This document shows, in pieces, positions 38,234 through 51,034 of a stretch of DNA of 64,000 nucleotides. The translations under genes and the position numbers were made by a program. The DNA comes from Mobula hypostoma (lineage: Eukaryota): contig NC_086097.1 of assembly GCF_963921235.1 (NCBI RefSeq), positions 122,452,001 to 122,516,000 of the forward strand, given 5' to 3'. The notes beneath the pieces are model-generated. The model was not told the DNA's origin. It saw only the letters and a program-made list of their open reading frames with translations, and ran no database searches. The stretch's first letter is position 1; every line of letters starts with the position of its first letter.

Positions 38234-39958
38234 TTTCTTTTTCCAATATTTTTATTAAATTTCATATACACAAATACAGATACAAATCAAACAAAATAAA
38301 TTGAATTATGAAATACAATAATATGGTTAATTATATTATTAAAAAAATCTACACCCACTACCAAGACAAAGCTGGTTGGTAAAAAAAACAAAAGAAAAAA
38401 GGAGTACTTTACCATATAGTGTTTTATAATAATGCCCAGATCTATATTTTAATAACAATAACAATTCAAAGATTTTCAAAATAGTTCAGAAAGAGTCCCA
38501 TAATGTTTGAAAATCTTGATTAGAATCAGAAATCGAACAACGAATCTTCTCTAAATTTAAACATGACATTAATGACATTACATCGCATAACCATTAAGCG
38601 CATGTGGGGGGGGGGCAATCTCCTTCCATTTAAGCAAGACTCCCCCCCCCCCGCCATAAGAGAAATAAAAGCCAATACCCGCAAATGAGAAGGCTCCAAA
38701 ATTACAGCTCTTTCCTCAACAATACTAAATAAGGCAGTCAAAGGACTGGGCTTAAAATTAACTTTAAAAAGTACAGAAGAAGTTTGGAATACATCTTTCC
38801 AATATTTTTCAATGCTCGAACATGGCCAAAACATATGAATTAATGAAGCCTCTTCATTATTACATCAGTCACAATAAGGAGATATAAACGAGAGAGCTTG
38901 TCTTTAGACATATGAGCCCTATGTATCACTTTAAATTGTAGGAGGGAATAACGAGCACATAATAAAGAATTAACCATTTTGAAAATAGCCCAGGTCTCAT
39001 CAGATAATGAAGTCTGTAAATCCTTTTCTGTAACTTTTTAAATTTTGTCTAAAGGAGTCATTCTCAGTCCCAACAACAGACCATAAATATAAGATATTGA
39101 ACCATTATCAAAAGGTTTCAAATTAAGCATTACATCTATTTTGTAAGAAAACAATTTACATATTTGGGTGTAACAATCACTAAGAATTATAAAGATCTAT
39201 TCAAAGAAAATTTTCTAACCTTAATGAATTATGTGAAAAAGGCACTTTCTAATTGGTCGCCTCTCTCTTTATCATTGATTGGTTGAATTAATTCTATTAA
39301 AATGAATATTTTACCTAAATTTATATACCTTTTTCAAGCCGTACCTGTTTTTATTCCTAAGTCTGTTTTTGATTCTTTAGATTCAATTCTTTCTTCCTAT
39401 ATATGGAAGAACAGAAAACCCCGATTAAATAAAGCCCACCTTCAAAAAAATTAAAAAGAATGGAGGCTTTGCTTTACCCAATTTTAGGTTATATTATTGG
39501 GCAATTAACATATGAAATCTCATGTTCTGGTTATATTATATTGTGAGGATTGTCCAATATGGATCTTTTTGGAAGCCAACTCTGTTACGAAATTTTCTAT
39601 TATTTCTCTTCTCAGATCCTCTCTTCCTTTATCTTTAAATAAATTAACTGACAGTTTGTTGGTTAAACATACTTCGAGGATCTGGCTGGAGTTTAGAAAA
39701 ATTTCAGTTTATTGAGATTTTCTCTTTCTAGTCCCATTTTTTCTAATTTTTTTTTGAGCCATCTACGATCGATCTGTTTTTTAGAGAATGGGATAGATTA
39801 GGCACTGAACAATTTCAGTGTCTGTTTGTTGGAGGGACCTTTCTTCTTTTGAGCAGCTCTCAGTGAAATGTCACTTATCAAATACTCACTTTTATCGATA
39901 TCTACAGATTAGAGATTTTTTAAGATCTAAACTGCGTATATTTCCAACCATCCAGGAT
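38234..39958 (-). mobile_element. L1-clade LINE, 5'-truncated and 5'-inverted
   Basis: 38234-39141 on minus encodes the ORF2 C-terminus (ASLIHMFWPC) and 3' tail; 39141-39958 on plus encodes FTYLG..WSPLSLSLIG.INSIKMNILPKFIYLFQ..GGFALPNF; 17-bp TSD. Confidence 0.92.
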
Positions 39959-40176
39959 AAGAAAGACATATTTACCAACTCGTTAAAAGCAAAAGCTAAG
40001 CACACACACAAGTAGAGGATTCAGGTGAGAAATTTGATGGAACGGGTTGAATGATGTGCAATGAAATAGTTGGCTACCAGCAACTTGCCAGAAGGTCTGA
40101 ATTGAAAGCAATGATGCATGAAGGACCAACTCCACATGGGTTTTATTTGCAACACTTGGACCATCCATAACTTCTT

Positions 40177-40492
40177 TTTTCTTTTGGCATCTGCCTGCGT
40201 GCGTGTGTGTCTGTGTGTGCGCGTCTGTGTGTACATGCATGCGTCCATGATGATGTCTTTTTCATGGCTTTTACAAGGCGCAGAGTGAGAGAGAGAAACT
40301 GTGTGACACGCCACTCCCCACACAGACACTTTTACAGCATTTTTCCCTCTTATTTTACTAGGTCGAGTTGCAATCTCAACATTCAACCCGGCACGGATGG
40401 AAAGCGTACTTGGGAGCGGACCCGACTGGTTTCGAACCCGGGAACCTCCGCTCCCGAGTCCAGCGCCGATGACATTGCTCCACCAGCCGGCC
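40177..40492 (-). mobile_element. Young tRNA-derived SINE
   Basis: A-box-like TGGTGGAGCAATG, B-box GGTTCGAAACC, CpGs intact, A-rich tail, perfect 16-bp TSD CCATCCATAACTTCTT. Confidence 0.88.
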
Positions 40493-40679
40493 CCATCCAT
40501 AACTTCTTAAAACTTACCGAGTCGGTAAGTTGGCAATGGTTTATTATTGTCACACGAAATGAAATACATTGAAAAGCTTTGTTTTCCAAACCATTATACA
40601 GCCATTATAAGTACATCAATGTAATACAAAGGGAAAAACAATAAAAGAATACAGAATATAGTGTTAGTTATAAAGATAG

Positions 40680-41004
40680 TGTCATACATCAAACTGACCA
40701 CCAGAAGGAAGCAGAGGTGACAACGCCAACACTTCCTGCCCACTTACCTATTAGACTAATTATTGGTGCATTGTTATCCCTTGTGCCTTCTTTGTAGCCC
40801 TATATCAGTTCCTTGTCCCTTGTTTCTTTGCTTAGTCTTGGAGTCATCTTTTGTGAGTGAGTGTATGGCTTTGTTTCTAGTAAAGCCTTGTTGGATTCCA
40901 CACCCCCTCCCCCTCCACCCCATCTAATTTCTCTGCAATTGGATTCACCACTATTCAGTGTGAGGGAAGTTAAAGCTAAAGAATTTCCCTAGTCAGCTAT
41001 GACA
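40680..41004 (+). mobile_element. Solo LTR inserted in a Rex1 3' remnant
   Basis: TGTCATA...TATGACA inverted ends, with TATA-like and AGTAAA signals inside. Confidence 0.65.
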
Positions 41005-41275
41005 GAAAATGCAGTGCAGCTAGGCAGTAAGATAGTGAGGGAGACTGTGAGATCAAGAGTTCTTTATCTTACCTGAACTCCATTCAAGAATTTTGTAAGA
41101 GCAGGACAGAAGTTGTATTGGTGGTGCATGTTCATAGGCTTTTGTACCTTCTGGCCAATTGAAGAGGAATGGAGAGAAAATGTCTGGGTGGGAGGGATAT
41201 TTGATTATGTTGACTGCTTTCCCAAGGCAGCAGGAAGTGCAGACTGAGACAATGGAGGGGAGGCTGGTTTGCATG

Positions 41276-42050
41276 TGTAATGCCCTGGTTAAGATTTTAC
41301 TGCTATACTGTAGGTATTTCATTTTAGCAGTTCTGTAAGAGCAGTCTGTTCTGCTTTTAGCATGTTTGGGTTTGAGCTAAAGATAAAGAGCTATGTTGTT
41401 CAACTTAAAAATGTTGTGTCAGCCAATCAGGATGGTGGTATTGGGAGGATGCTGAGTGGAGAAGTTTAGGTGGCGGACACTGGTGTGTATTGAGGTCTCT
41501 TTAGAGGGAGCTGGGAGAAGATGAGGGAAGATGGCTGAGGATGTTATTGCACTTGCACAAGGTGCTTTGTGTAGATGATTGACTGCAAGGAGGAAGGGCC
41601 AATACTCCTGTAGGAGAGCCCGATTGTTTGAGGTGGATTTCAAGTGTAATGTGGAAGGTGGTGTATGCTTTCACGCAGTCTGTGGGCCCAGTGCATGAGT
41701 TAAAGACAGCTTCAAGATGAGTTCCAACTTGTGCACATTTGGACTGGGTTAACCGTAATGGGGCCCTTTTTACTTTTTTTTCTCTTTCCTACTAACTGGT
41801 AACATTGACATTTGTAAGTATACTTTCTTTGTACACTGCATACAATTACAATCTGTTATTTCTTGCTGAGGCTAATGCATGGGGGCAATAGTTGCACAAA
41901 TCAGCATTTGGGTGATCGAGACATTCCACCTTCCTGGTTTTAGTGGGACCCAAGTCATACTGACCCTAGATGTAGCGAGTTTGAGAAAAGTCATTTTCCT
42001 CACCACAGAGTCCAGTGGCTGTTAGCGAGGGGCTAACAAGCTGCATCACA
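41276..42050 (+). mobile_element. Solo LTR inserted in the same minus-strand Rex1 remnant (about 40530-42200)
   Basis: TGTAATGC...GCATCACA ends; CATG at both junctions; homologous to 12376-12993. Confidence 0.72.
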
Positions 42051-43051
42051 TGAAAGACTGGACTGTGTTCGCAACTCTCTGCAATTTCTTCTGATCCTGA
42101 ATAGAGCAGTTGCTGTGCCAAGCTCAGATGTATCTGGATAGAGTGATGCATCAACAAAAGTTGGTGTGTGTCCTGCTAATTTTCCTTGGCCTTCTGAAGA
42201 AGGAGATTATGGAAGACGGGTAGTGGGGAAATAAGTTTGGAAGATGGAGGAAAGATGGTTACATCCTTATTTTGATACCTTAGACCTTCAATAATGCCAG
42301 GTTATTGAGATTAAAAAGAACATGGGGTGAAAGAGTTGTTGTTTTTTTCTCTATACTTCCATGGGTGCCACTCACAGAAAGACGTGAGGAGCCCTGAGGT
42401 CCAAGTGGTGGTATCTTGCTGGTATGCTTTCAGGAGAATTGGATGCATTCAATGTACAAATAAGTGGTTTATTGATCTCAGTTCTTGGAATATACGCAGT
42501 AGATTAAAAAGATCAGAATTTATCATTGAACATTTCATGACTTGGGAGCTTCTTAAATGTTGGCATTCAATTGAACTGGAAAGTACAGTAGTCAACCTGA
42601 GCACAACAAGCTCTCTCAAACCAATATAATTGTGCTACATAACTAGATCTAATGATGTTTATTCAGTTAATATTGCCAGTCATTGTTACAGAGTTAGTCC
42701 AAAACTATCATGCCAAATCTTTATCCCTTTATTTTAATAAAAATTATGATTGTAATTGCATTTGTACTGCATTCTGCAATACTGTATATGTGATTGTCAG
42801 AGGCAAGTGACAGCAATCATAAACACAAGAGTTTCTGCAAATGCTGGAAAACCTGAGCAACACACATGAGATTCAGGAGGAACTAAGCAGGTTAGACAAC
42901 ATCTGTAGAGGGGAATGAGTCACTAGCTCAGGACTAATGCAGACTCTTCAGCTCAAATATCAACTATTTATTCTGACCTGCTGCGATACAGCACAGAACA
43001 GGTCCTTCTGGCTGAAAGAGCTGTACCGCCCAGTAACCCACCCATTTAACA

Positions 43052-44961
43052 GTCGCTACACAGAATCCAGGCGTGAACTCCGGAAAGTCATTAAGGACGC
43101 CAAGAGGCAACATCAAGCCAAGTTGGAAGCCCAGGCTAACCAAAGGGATTCCAGTAGACTATGGCAGGGTCTAAATGAGATCACTGGGCACAAAGAAAAG
43201 GCTGGGAATATCAATAACTGTGGCGCTTCTCTTCCTGATGAACTTAACGTATTCTACGCAAGATTCGAACAGAAGAGGAGCGTCCCGCTCCCTCCGGATG
43301 AACCGGACCTGATGGCATCGAGATTCATCATCACCGAGGAGGACATTAGAAGGGCCTTCCTGAAGATAAATCCAAGGAAGGCTACGGGCCCAGATGGCGT
43401 CCCAGGACGGGGTCTCCGGGCCTGTGCAAGCGAGCCAGCTGGAGTGTTTGCTGACATCTTCAATGGCTCCTTGCTTCAGTCTAAGATCCCCTCATGTTTT
43501 AAGAAGACAACGATAATCCCAGTGCCGAAGAAGAGCAAGGTGGCATGCCTGAATGACTATCGACCTGTGGTTCTGACATCAGTTGCTATGAAGTGCTTTG
43601 AGCGATTGGTTATGACACACATCAACCACAGCCTACCAGTCAACCTCGACGCTTCGCAATCTGCCTACCGGAGCAACAGGTCAACGGCAGATGCCATCTC
43701 TCTGGCCCTACATTCCTCCTTAGAACAACTGGAGAATAAGGACACATACGTAAGGCTCCTTTTCATTGACTACAGCTCTGCCTTTAATACCATCATTCCA
43801 AATAAACTGATTCCTAAGCTCTGGAACCTGGGCCTTAGCACTCAGATCTGCAGCTGGATCTTCAACTTCCTCACAGACAGGACCCAGGCTGTAAAAATAG
43901 GGGACAAGCTCTCCTCTACAATCACTCTGAGCACCGGTGCCCCACAAGGCTGTGTACTCAGCCCCCTGCTGTACTCACTGTACACCCATGATTGTGTAGC
44001 CAAATTTCCATCAGACTCTATATATAAGTTCGCTGATGACACAACAATTGTAGGCCGTATCTCGGGTAATGATGTGTTTGAGTACAGAGAGGAAATTAAG
44101 AACCTGGTGGCATGGTGCGAAGACAATAACCTATCCCTCAACGTCAGCAGGACGAAGGAATTGGTTGTTGACTTCAGAAGGAGTAGCGGACCACATGACC
44201 CAATTTATAATGGTGGTGCACAAGTGGAACAGGTCAAAAGCTTTAAGTTCCTCGGGGTCAATATCACAAATGACCTAACTTGGTTCAACCAAGCAGAGTT
44301 CACTGTCAAAAAGGCCCACCAGTGCCTTTACTTCCTGAGAAAACTAAAGAAATTTGGCCTGTCCCCTAAAACCCTCACTAATTTTTATAGATGCACCATA
44401 GAAAGCATTCTTCTAGGGTGCATCACAACCTGGTATGGAAGTTGTCCTGTCCAAGACCGAAAGAAGCTGCAGAAGATTGTGAACACGGCGCAGCACATCA
44501 CACAAACCAATCTTCCGTCCTTGGACTCACTTTACACCGCACGCTGTCGGAACAGTGCTGCCAGGATAATCAAGGACACGACCCACCCAGACAACACACT
44601 TTTTGTCCCTCTTCCCTCCGGAAGAAGGCTCAGGAGCTTGAAGACTCAAACAGCCAGATTTGGGAACAGCTTCTTTCCAACTGTGATAAGACTGCTGAAC
44701 AGATCCTGACCCGGGTCTGGGCCGTACCCTCCAAATATCCGGACCTGCCTCTCGGTGTTTTTTGCGCTACTTTACTTTCCATGTTTCTATTTTCTATTAA
44801 TGATTTATAATTTAAATTTTAAATATTTAATAATTTTTACTATTTTTAATATTTAATATTTGTAATCCAGGGAGTGAGAAGCGCAAAATCAAATATCGCC
44901 TTGATGATTGTACGTTCTAGTATCAATTGTTTGGCGACAATAAGGTATGAAGTATAAAGTA
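43052..44961 (+). mobile_element. Young 5'-truncated Rex1/Babar LINE with an uninterrupted RT frame to 44709, inserted in a minus-strand SINE (about 42985-45170)
   Basis: KATGPDGVPG, LNDYRPVVLTS, LFIDYSSAFNT, GAPQGCVLSPLL, KFADDTT and LPSGRR motifs; (AAGTAT)-like tail; TAACA duplicated at the flanks. Confidence 0.95.
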
Positions 44962-45249
44962 TAACACTAGCCTAAGCACAGGACAATTTACAATGACCAA
45001 TTAGTCTTCTAACCAGTACATCGTTGGACTGTGGGAAGATACAAGAACACTGAAAGAAACCTTCACGGTTCACAGGAAAACACCGCGTACAAACTCCTTG
45101 CAGATGGTGCCGGGATTGAACTTCCAACTATGAAATGCCCCAAGCTGTAATAGGAGCACACTAACTGTAACTCTGTGGAATGCACAGAAGCAGAATAAGG
45201 CCCTTCGGTCCATCAAGTCCACTCCACCATTCCATCATGGCTGATTTAT

Positions 45250-48140
45250 ATAACCATATAAACACATAACAATTACAGTAAAGAAACAGGCCATCTCGGC
45301 CCTTCTAGTCCCTGCCGAATGCTACTGTCACCTAGTCCCACAGACCTGCACTCAGTCCATAACCCTCCATTCCCTTCCTGTCCATATAGCTATCTAGTTT
45401 TACTTTAAATGACAATATCGAATCTGCCTTGACCACTTCTGCTGGAAGCTCGTTCCACACAGCCTCCACACTGAGTAAAGAAGTTCCACCTCATGTTACC
45501 CCTAAACCTTTGCCCCCAACTCTCAACTCATGTCTTCTTGTTTGAATCTCCCCTACTCTCAATGGAAAAAGCCTATCCATGTCAAATCTATCTATCCCCC
45601 TCATAATTTTAAATACCTCTATTAAGGTCTCCCCTCAACCTTCAATGCTCCAAAGAATAAAGACCCAACTTGTTCAACCTTCCTCTGTAACTTAGGTGCT
45701 GAAATCCAGGTAACATTCTAGTAAATCTTCTCTGTACTCTCTCTATTTTGTTGACATCTTTCCTATAATTCAGTGACCAGAATTGTACACAGTACTCCAG
45801 ATTTGGCCTTACCAATGCCTTGTACAATTTTAACATTATATCCCAACTCCTATACTCAATGCTCTGATTTATAAAGGCCAGCATACCAAAAGCTTTCTTC
45901 ACCACCCTATCCACATGAGATTCCATGAATCGGGAGGAGGAGAAGATGGCGGCACAACGCAGCCTCTCCGGTGATGAATATCTGTAATCTGTCAAGTAGG
46001 AGGCCGTGCACAATTCTGATTTAATGAAGGCAGACATGAGAGCATGGAGGGACATCTGGTGAAACTTCTGAAATGCCTGCTTCGCTGCCACTGCCACTAT
46101 ATGATCCGAAATCTCCGGAGGGGAAGGCCTCGAATCCTTGGCTTTGCCTGTTGCTTAGCGGCTGGGGTCGGGGTCGAAGCGCTCGGCAGAGATGGTGCTC
46201 AGTGCTCGGTGTCGGAGGGCTGGTTGGAGGCTCGAAGATTTAGGACGGACTCAGAGTCGGACTGTGGTCGGGTGCTTCCAGGACGCTGCATCGGCAAGTT
46301 TGCGGTGCTGGAAGCTCGTGGTAGGGAGAGTTTCTTCCTTCTACTGTCTGCGTGAGATGTTGGGGCTATCAGGACTTTGAGACTTTTTTTTACCTTGCCC
46401 ATGGTCTGCTCTTATCAAATTACGATATTGCTTTGCACTGTTGTAACTATATGTTATAATTATGTGGTTTTTGTCAATTTTAGTCTTGGTCTGTCTTGTG
46501 TTTCTGTGATATCATACCGGAGGAACATTGTATCATTTTTTAATGTATGCATTTCTAAATGACAATAACGAGGGCTGAGTGTCCTCATAATCTAATCTAA
46601 CCTTCAGGGAGCTATGCACCATTATTTGTAGATCCCTCTGTTCTACTGCATTCTTCAATGCCCTACCATTTACCATGTATGTCCTATTTTGATTGGTTCT
46701 ACCAAAATGTAGCACCTCACATGTATTAGCATTAAACTCCATCTGCCATCTTTCAGCTCACTCTTCTAACTGGCCTAAATCTCTCTACAAGCTTTGAAAA
46801 CCTGCTTTATTATCCACAACTCCACCTATCTTAGTATCATCTGCATACTTACTCATCCAATTTACCACCCCATCATCCAGATCATTAATGTATATGACAA
46901 ACAACATTGGACCCAGTACAGATCCCTGAGTCACATCACTAGTCACCGGCCTCCAATCTGACAAACAGTTATCCACCACTACTCTCTGGCGTCTCCCATC
47001 CAGCCACTGCTGAATCCATTTTACCACTTCAATATTAATACCTAACGATTGAACCTTCCTAACTAACCTTCTGTGTGGAACCTTGTCAAAGGCCTTACTG
47101 AAGTCCATATAGACAACATCCAACGCTTTACCCTCATCAACTTTCCTAGTATCCTCTTCAAAAATTCAATAAGATTTGTCAAACATGACCTTCCACACAC
47201 AAATCCATGTTGACTGTTCCTAATCAGACCTTGTCTATTCAGATAATTATATATACCATCTCTAAGAATACTTTCCATCAATTTACCCACCACTGACGTC
47301 AAACTCACAGGCCAATAATTGCTAGGTTTACTCTTAGAATCCTTTTTAAACGATGGAACAACATGAGCAATACGCCAATCCTCCGGCACCATCCCCGTTT
47401 CTAATGACATTTGAAATATTTCTGTCAGAGCCCCTGCTGTTTCTACACTGATTTCCCTCAAGGTCCTAGGGAATATCCTATCGGGACCCAGAGACTTATC
47501 CACTTTTATATTCCTTAAAAGCGCCAGTACTTCCTCTTCTTTAATCATCATAATTTCCATAACTTACTTACCTATTTCCCTTACCTTACACAATTCAATA
47601 TCCTTCTCCTTAGTGAACACCGAAGAAAAGAAATTGTTCAAAATCTCCCCCATCTCTTTTGGTTCCACACATAGATGTCCACTCTGATTCTCTAAGGGAC
47701 CAATTTTATGCCTCACTATCCTTTTGCTATTAATATAACTGTAGAAACCCTTTGGATTTATTTTCACCTTACTTGCCAAAGCAACCTCGTATCTTCTTTT
47801 AGCTTTTCTAATTTCTTTAAGATTCTTTTTACGTTCTTTATATTCTTTGAGCACCTCATTTACTCCATGCTGACTATATTTATTGTAGATATCTCTCTCT
47901 TTCCAAACCAAGTTTCCAATATCCCTTGAAAACCATGGCTCTCTCAAACCCTTAACCTTTCCTTTCAACCTAACAGGAGCAGAAAGATCCAGTACCCTCA
48001 AAATTTCACCTTTAAATGACTTCCATTTCTCTATTACATCCTTCCTATAAAACAATTTTTCCCAATCCACTTGTTCTAAATCCTTTTGCATGTCCTGAAG
48101 GTTAGCTTTTCTCCAAGCAAAAATCTCAACCCTACATGGG
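45250..48140 (-). mobile_element. CR1 LINE, 5'-truncated, interrupted at 45926-46599
   Basis: Linker and RT motifs (YMDFSKAFDKVPH, SKYADDTK); same tail subfamily as 5876-6470. Confidence 0.93.
45926..46599 (+). mobile_element. Non-coding ~680-bp retroposon, copy 1
   Basis: GAGAAGATGGCGGC 5' end and (TAATC)n tail; second copy at 59638-60326. Confidence 0.85.
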
Positions 48141-48219
48141 CCATGACATCTGGCTGCTCCCCACTCCCACTGCCTCAACTCCATTCTCCATTCTCCATTC
48201 TCCTGCCTTTGACTCACTT

Positions 48220-48460
48220 ACTAATCAAGAACTTGCTGACCTCTGCTTTACAAATACCCAATGGCTTGTATACCCAATACCATTTACAGCCATCTGTGGC
48301 AATGAATTCCACAGATTCATCACCCTGTAGCTAAAGATATTTCTCCTCGTCTCTGTTCTAAGGAGATGTTCATGTACTCTGAGGCTGTGTCCTCTGGTCC
48401 TAGACTCCCCCACTATAGGAAACGTCCTCTGCACATTCACTCTATCAATTTTCAATAGGT
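48220..48460 (-). mobile_element. CR1 3' fragment
   Basis: ESRTRGHSLRV..VMNLWNSLP. Confidence 0.82.
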
Positions 48461-48869
48461 TCACAGCCATTTTGTTACCTAACTCAGAAGCAATTGTGTC
48501 CCATCAAGGAATGACAAAATGTGAAATCAATAACTCCCTGCGCTGAACACTTTAGTGATTAAAAAAAAACTTTGTCAATAGAGTGCCCAAAAGGTGATAT
48601 TCTATCACTCATCTGCTACATACCCCGCTCTGTGCCTTGTAATCACTGCTACCAATGCCAGTTGAGAGAAGCCGTGGGCAGGATGAATGTGTCAGCCAAG
48701 GCCGTCCTCTTTCAGCTATGACCCAAGGTGGATGTTCAAGATCAGTGGGGAAAGTATGTATACTTCTCTGGTCAAAAATAAAGTATGACATATTGGGTGA
48801 TTTTGATGTCTTCATCAAACCACATGTGAAAGTGTTTGGAATACTTTAATGAAAATGGTGCTGCATTTA

Positions 48870-49412
48870 CACTTTGTGGCTACTTTAATATGAATAACTA
48901 ATCAGCCAATCATGTGGCAGCATCTCAATGCATAAAAGCATGCAGACATGGTCAGGAGGTTCAGTTATTGTTCAGACCAAACATCCGAATGGGGAAGAAA
49001 TGTAATCTAAGTGACTCTGCCCGTGGAGTAATTGTTGATGTCAGGTGGGATGATTTGAATATCTTAGAAAATGCTGATCTCATGGGACTTTCACATGCAC
49101 CAGTATCTAGAGTTGACAGCAAATGGTGCAAGAAATTAAAAAAATACAGTGAGCACCAGATCTGTGGGCATAAACCACCTTACTAATGGGAGAAGTCAGG
49201 GAAGAATGGCCAGACTGGTTCAAGCTGACAGGAAGGTGATAGTAACACAAATAACTATGCATTACAACAGTGGTCAGCAGAAGAGTATCACCGAATGCAC
49301 AACATGTTAAACCTTGAGGTGGCTGGGCTACAGCAGCAGAAGATCATGAGCATACATTCAGTGGCAACTTTTATTAGATACGGGATGTACCTAATAAAGT
49401 GGCCACTGAGAG
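48870..49412 (+). mobile_element. Non-autonomous Tc1-like element, copy 2
   Basis: Collinear with 4616-5166; right TIR TGTACCTAATAAAGTGGCCACTGAG present. Confidence 0.85.
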
Positions 49413-51034
49413 AATAATTCCCATTGAAAGCTTGGTTTCAGTGCAAAGTATTGACCTTAATCCATGATTAATTCCTAATGAAGTTAAAATGAATATCAGC
49501 ATGTTTAGTACTCAGATGCTTTCATTGGATCATCAAGAGATGTGACCATGCTCCCATCTTCAATGTAACTGTGGGATCTGTTGGCTGGCAAGTAACAAGA
49601 AGCATAGAATTTATAAGGCCAGAGGGTCATGGAATCATGTCGCACAGAAACAGGCCCTTCAACACATGGTGTGCATGCCATCCATTCAAGATTCATGTTT
49701 ATTTATCACATGTACATCCAAACGTACAATAAAATGTGTCATTACCAACACACTTGAAGGTGCATGGGGTTAGCCCACAGGTGTCAGCACACATTCCACT
49801 GCCAAAATAGCATGCCCACAATGCTCGGCAAAACAACACAGAACACAACTAAACACAATACAACAAGGAGCAAAACAAGCCCCATACCTCCCTCACAACC
49901 ACAGACATACACAGTCCTTTAACCCCAAAACAGTTCTTTCTGTTTCCAGCCTCGGACTTGAACCTGTAAAAAATTAAACTGCATCTTCCTCAGCAGACTC
50001 ACAGGGGTTCGCAGACTCAGTATCAACAATGAGCCTCGACTTCCAAGCTAAAAATTCACCCCTTGGCATCAATCCTAGGAGATTCCTATCTCATCATTTC
50101 ATGAACTCAGTGGGTCATTGGAACTCATTCCTCCTGCCCGTACAGAACTCCAACTGCAAAACCTGCTGATCTTTCTACTCATCAACACTAATATTATTTA
50201 CTAACAATAGGTCCACACACATCTATGCATTGGCAATTTCTTTTTGTCTAGATCATGGTAAATATCATCAGAGTATCAGCCTCCAAAACCTCTTCAGGCA
50301 GCTCACTCCAAATGCCAACCAGTTGGGTAAAAAAAAAATTGTACTCAGACCCCCACCAAACCTTTTACCTTTCACCTTAAACTTTGATTGAGGGAGATAG
50401 CATAAGGAAGTGGAGATCCTTCTGGTACAGATACAAAGACCTGTGCCTGCAGTGTGGAACGAGCTTGTGCCCCCTCGCACCACGCTGCAACTTGTCCCAC
50501 AATCTCTCGGAATCGGAATCAGAATCAGATTTATTATAAGATCATAAGACCAACAACAATGAGCACTGGTGTGTGTTACCTTGACTCCCCCTTCCTGAAG
50601 TCCGCAATCAATTCTGTGGTCTTACTGATGTTGAGTGAAATGTTGCGACACCACTCAATCAGCTGATCTCCCTCCTGTACGCCTCCTTTTCACTATCTGA
50701 AATTCTGCCAACAGTAGTTATGTCATCGGCAAATTTATAGATGGCATTTGAGTTGTGTCTAGACACAGTTGTGCGTGTTTCTTGGAAGCATTCACATTAG
50801 AACAAAGAAACACAATAGAATCAATGAAAATCTACACAGAAAGATGGACAAACAATTTGCAAAAAAAGACAAGCTGTGCAAATACAAAAAGAAAACAAAT
50901 AATAAAAACAATAAATAATTAAGTAACAAATAACATTGAGAACATGAGTTGCGGAGTCCTTGAAAGTGGGTACATAGGTTGTGGGATCAGTTCAGTTTTA
51001 TTATTCTTACCGGTGCAGGAACCTGGTGATAACT

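Noticed and set aside
40420..40492. tRNA gene
   Set aside because: A/B boxes belong to a SINE head; no complete cloverleaf, and the element has a body, tail and TSD.
42937..44709. 590-aa ORF as a host gene
   Set aside because: It is a 5'-truncated Rex1 RT with a chance in-frame ATG in flanking repeats.
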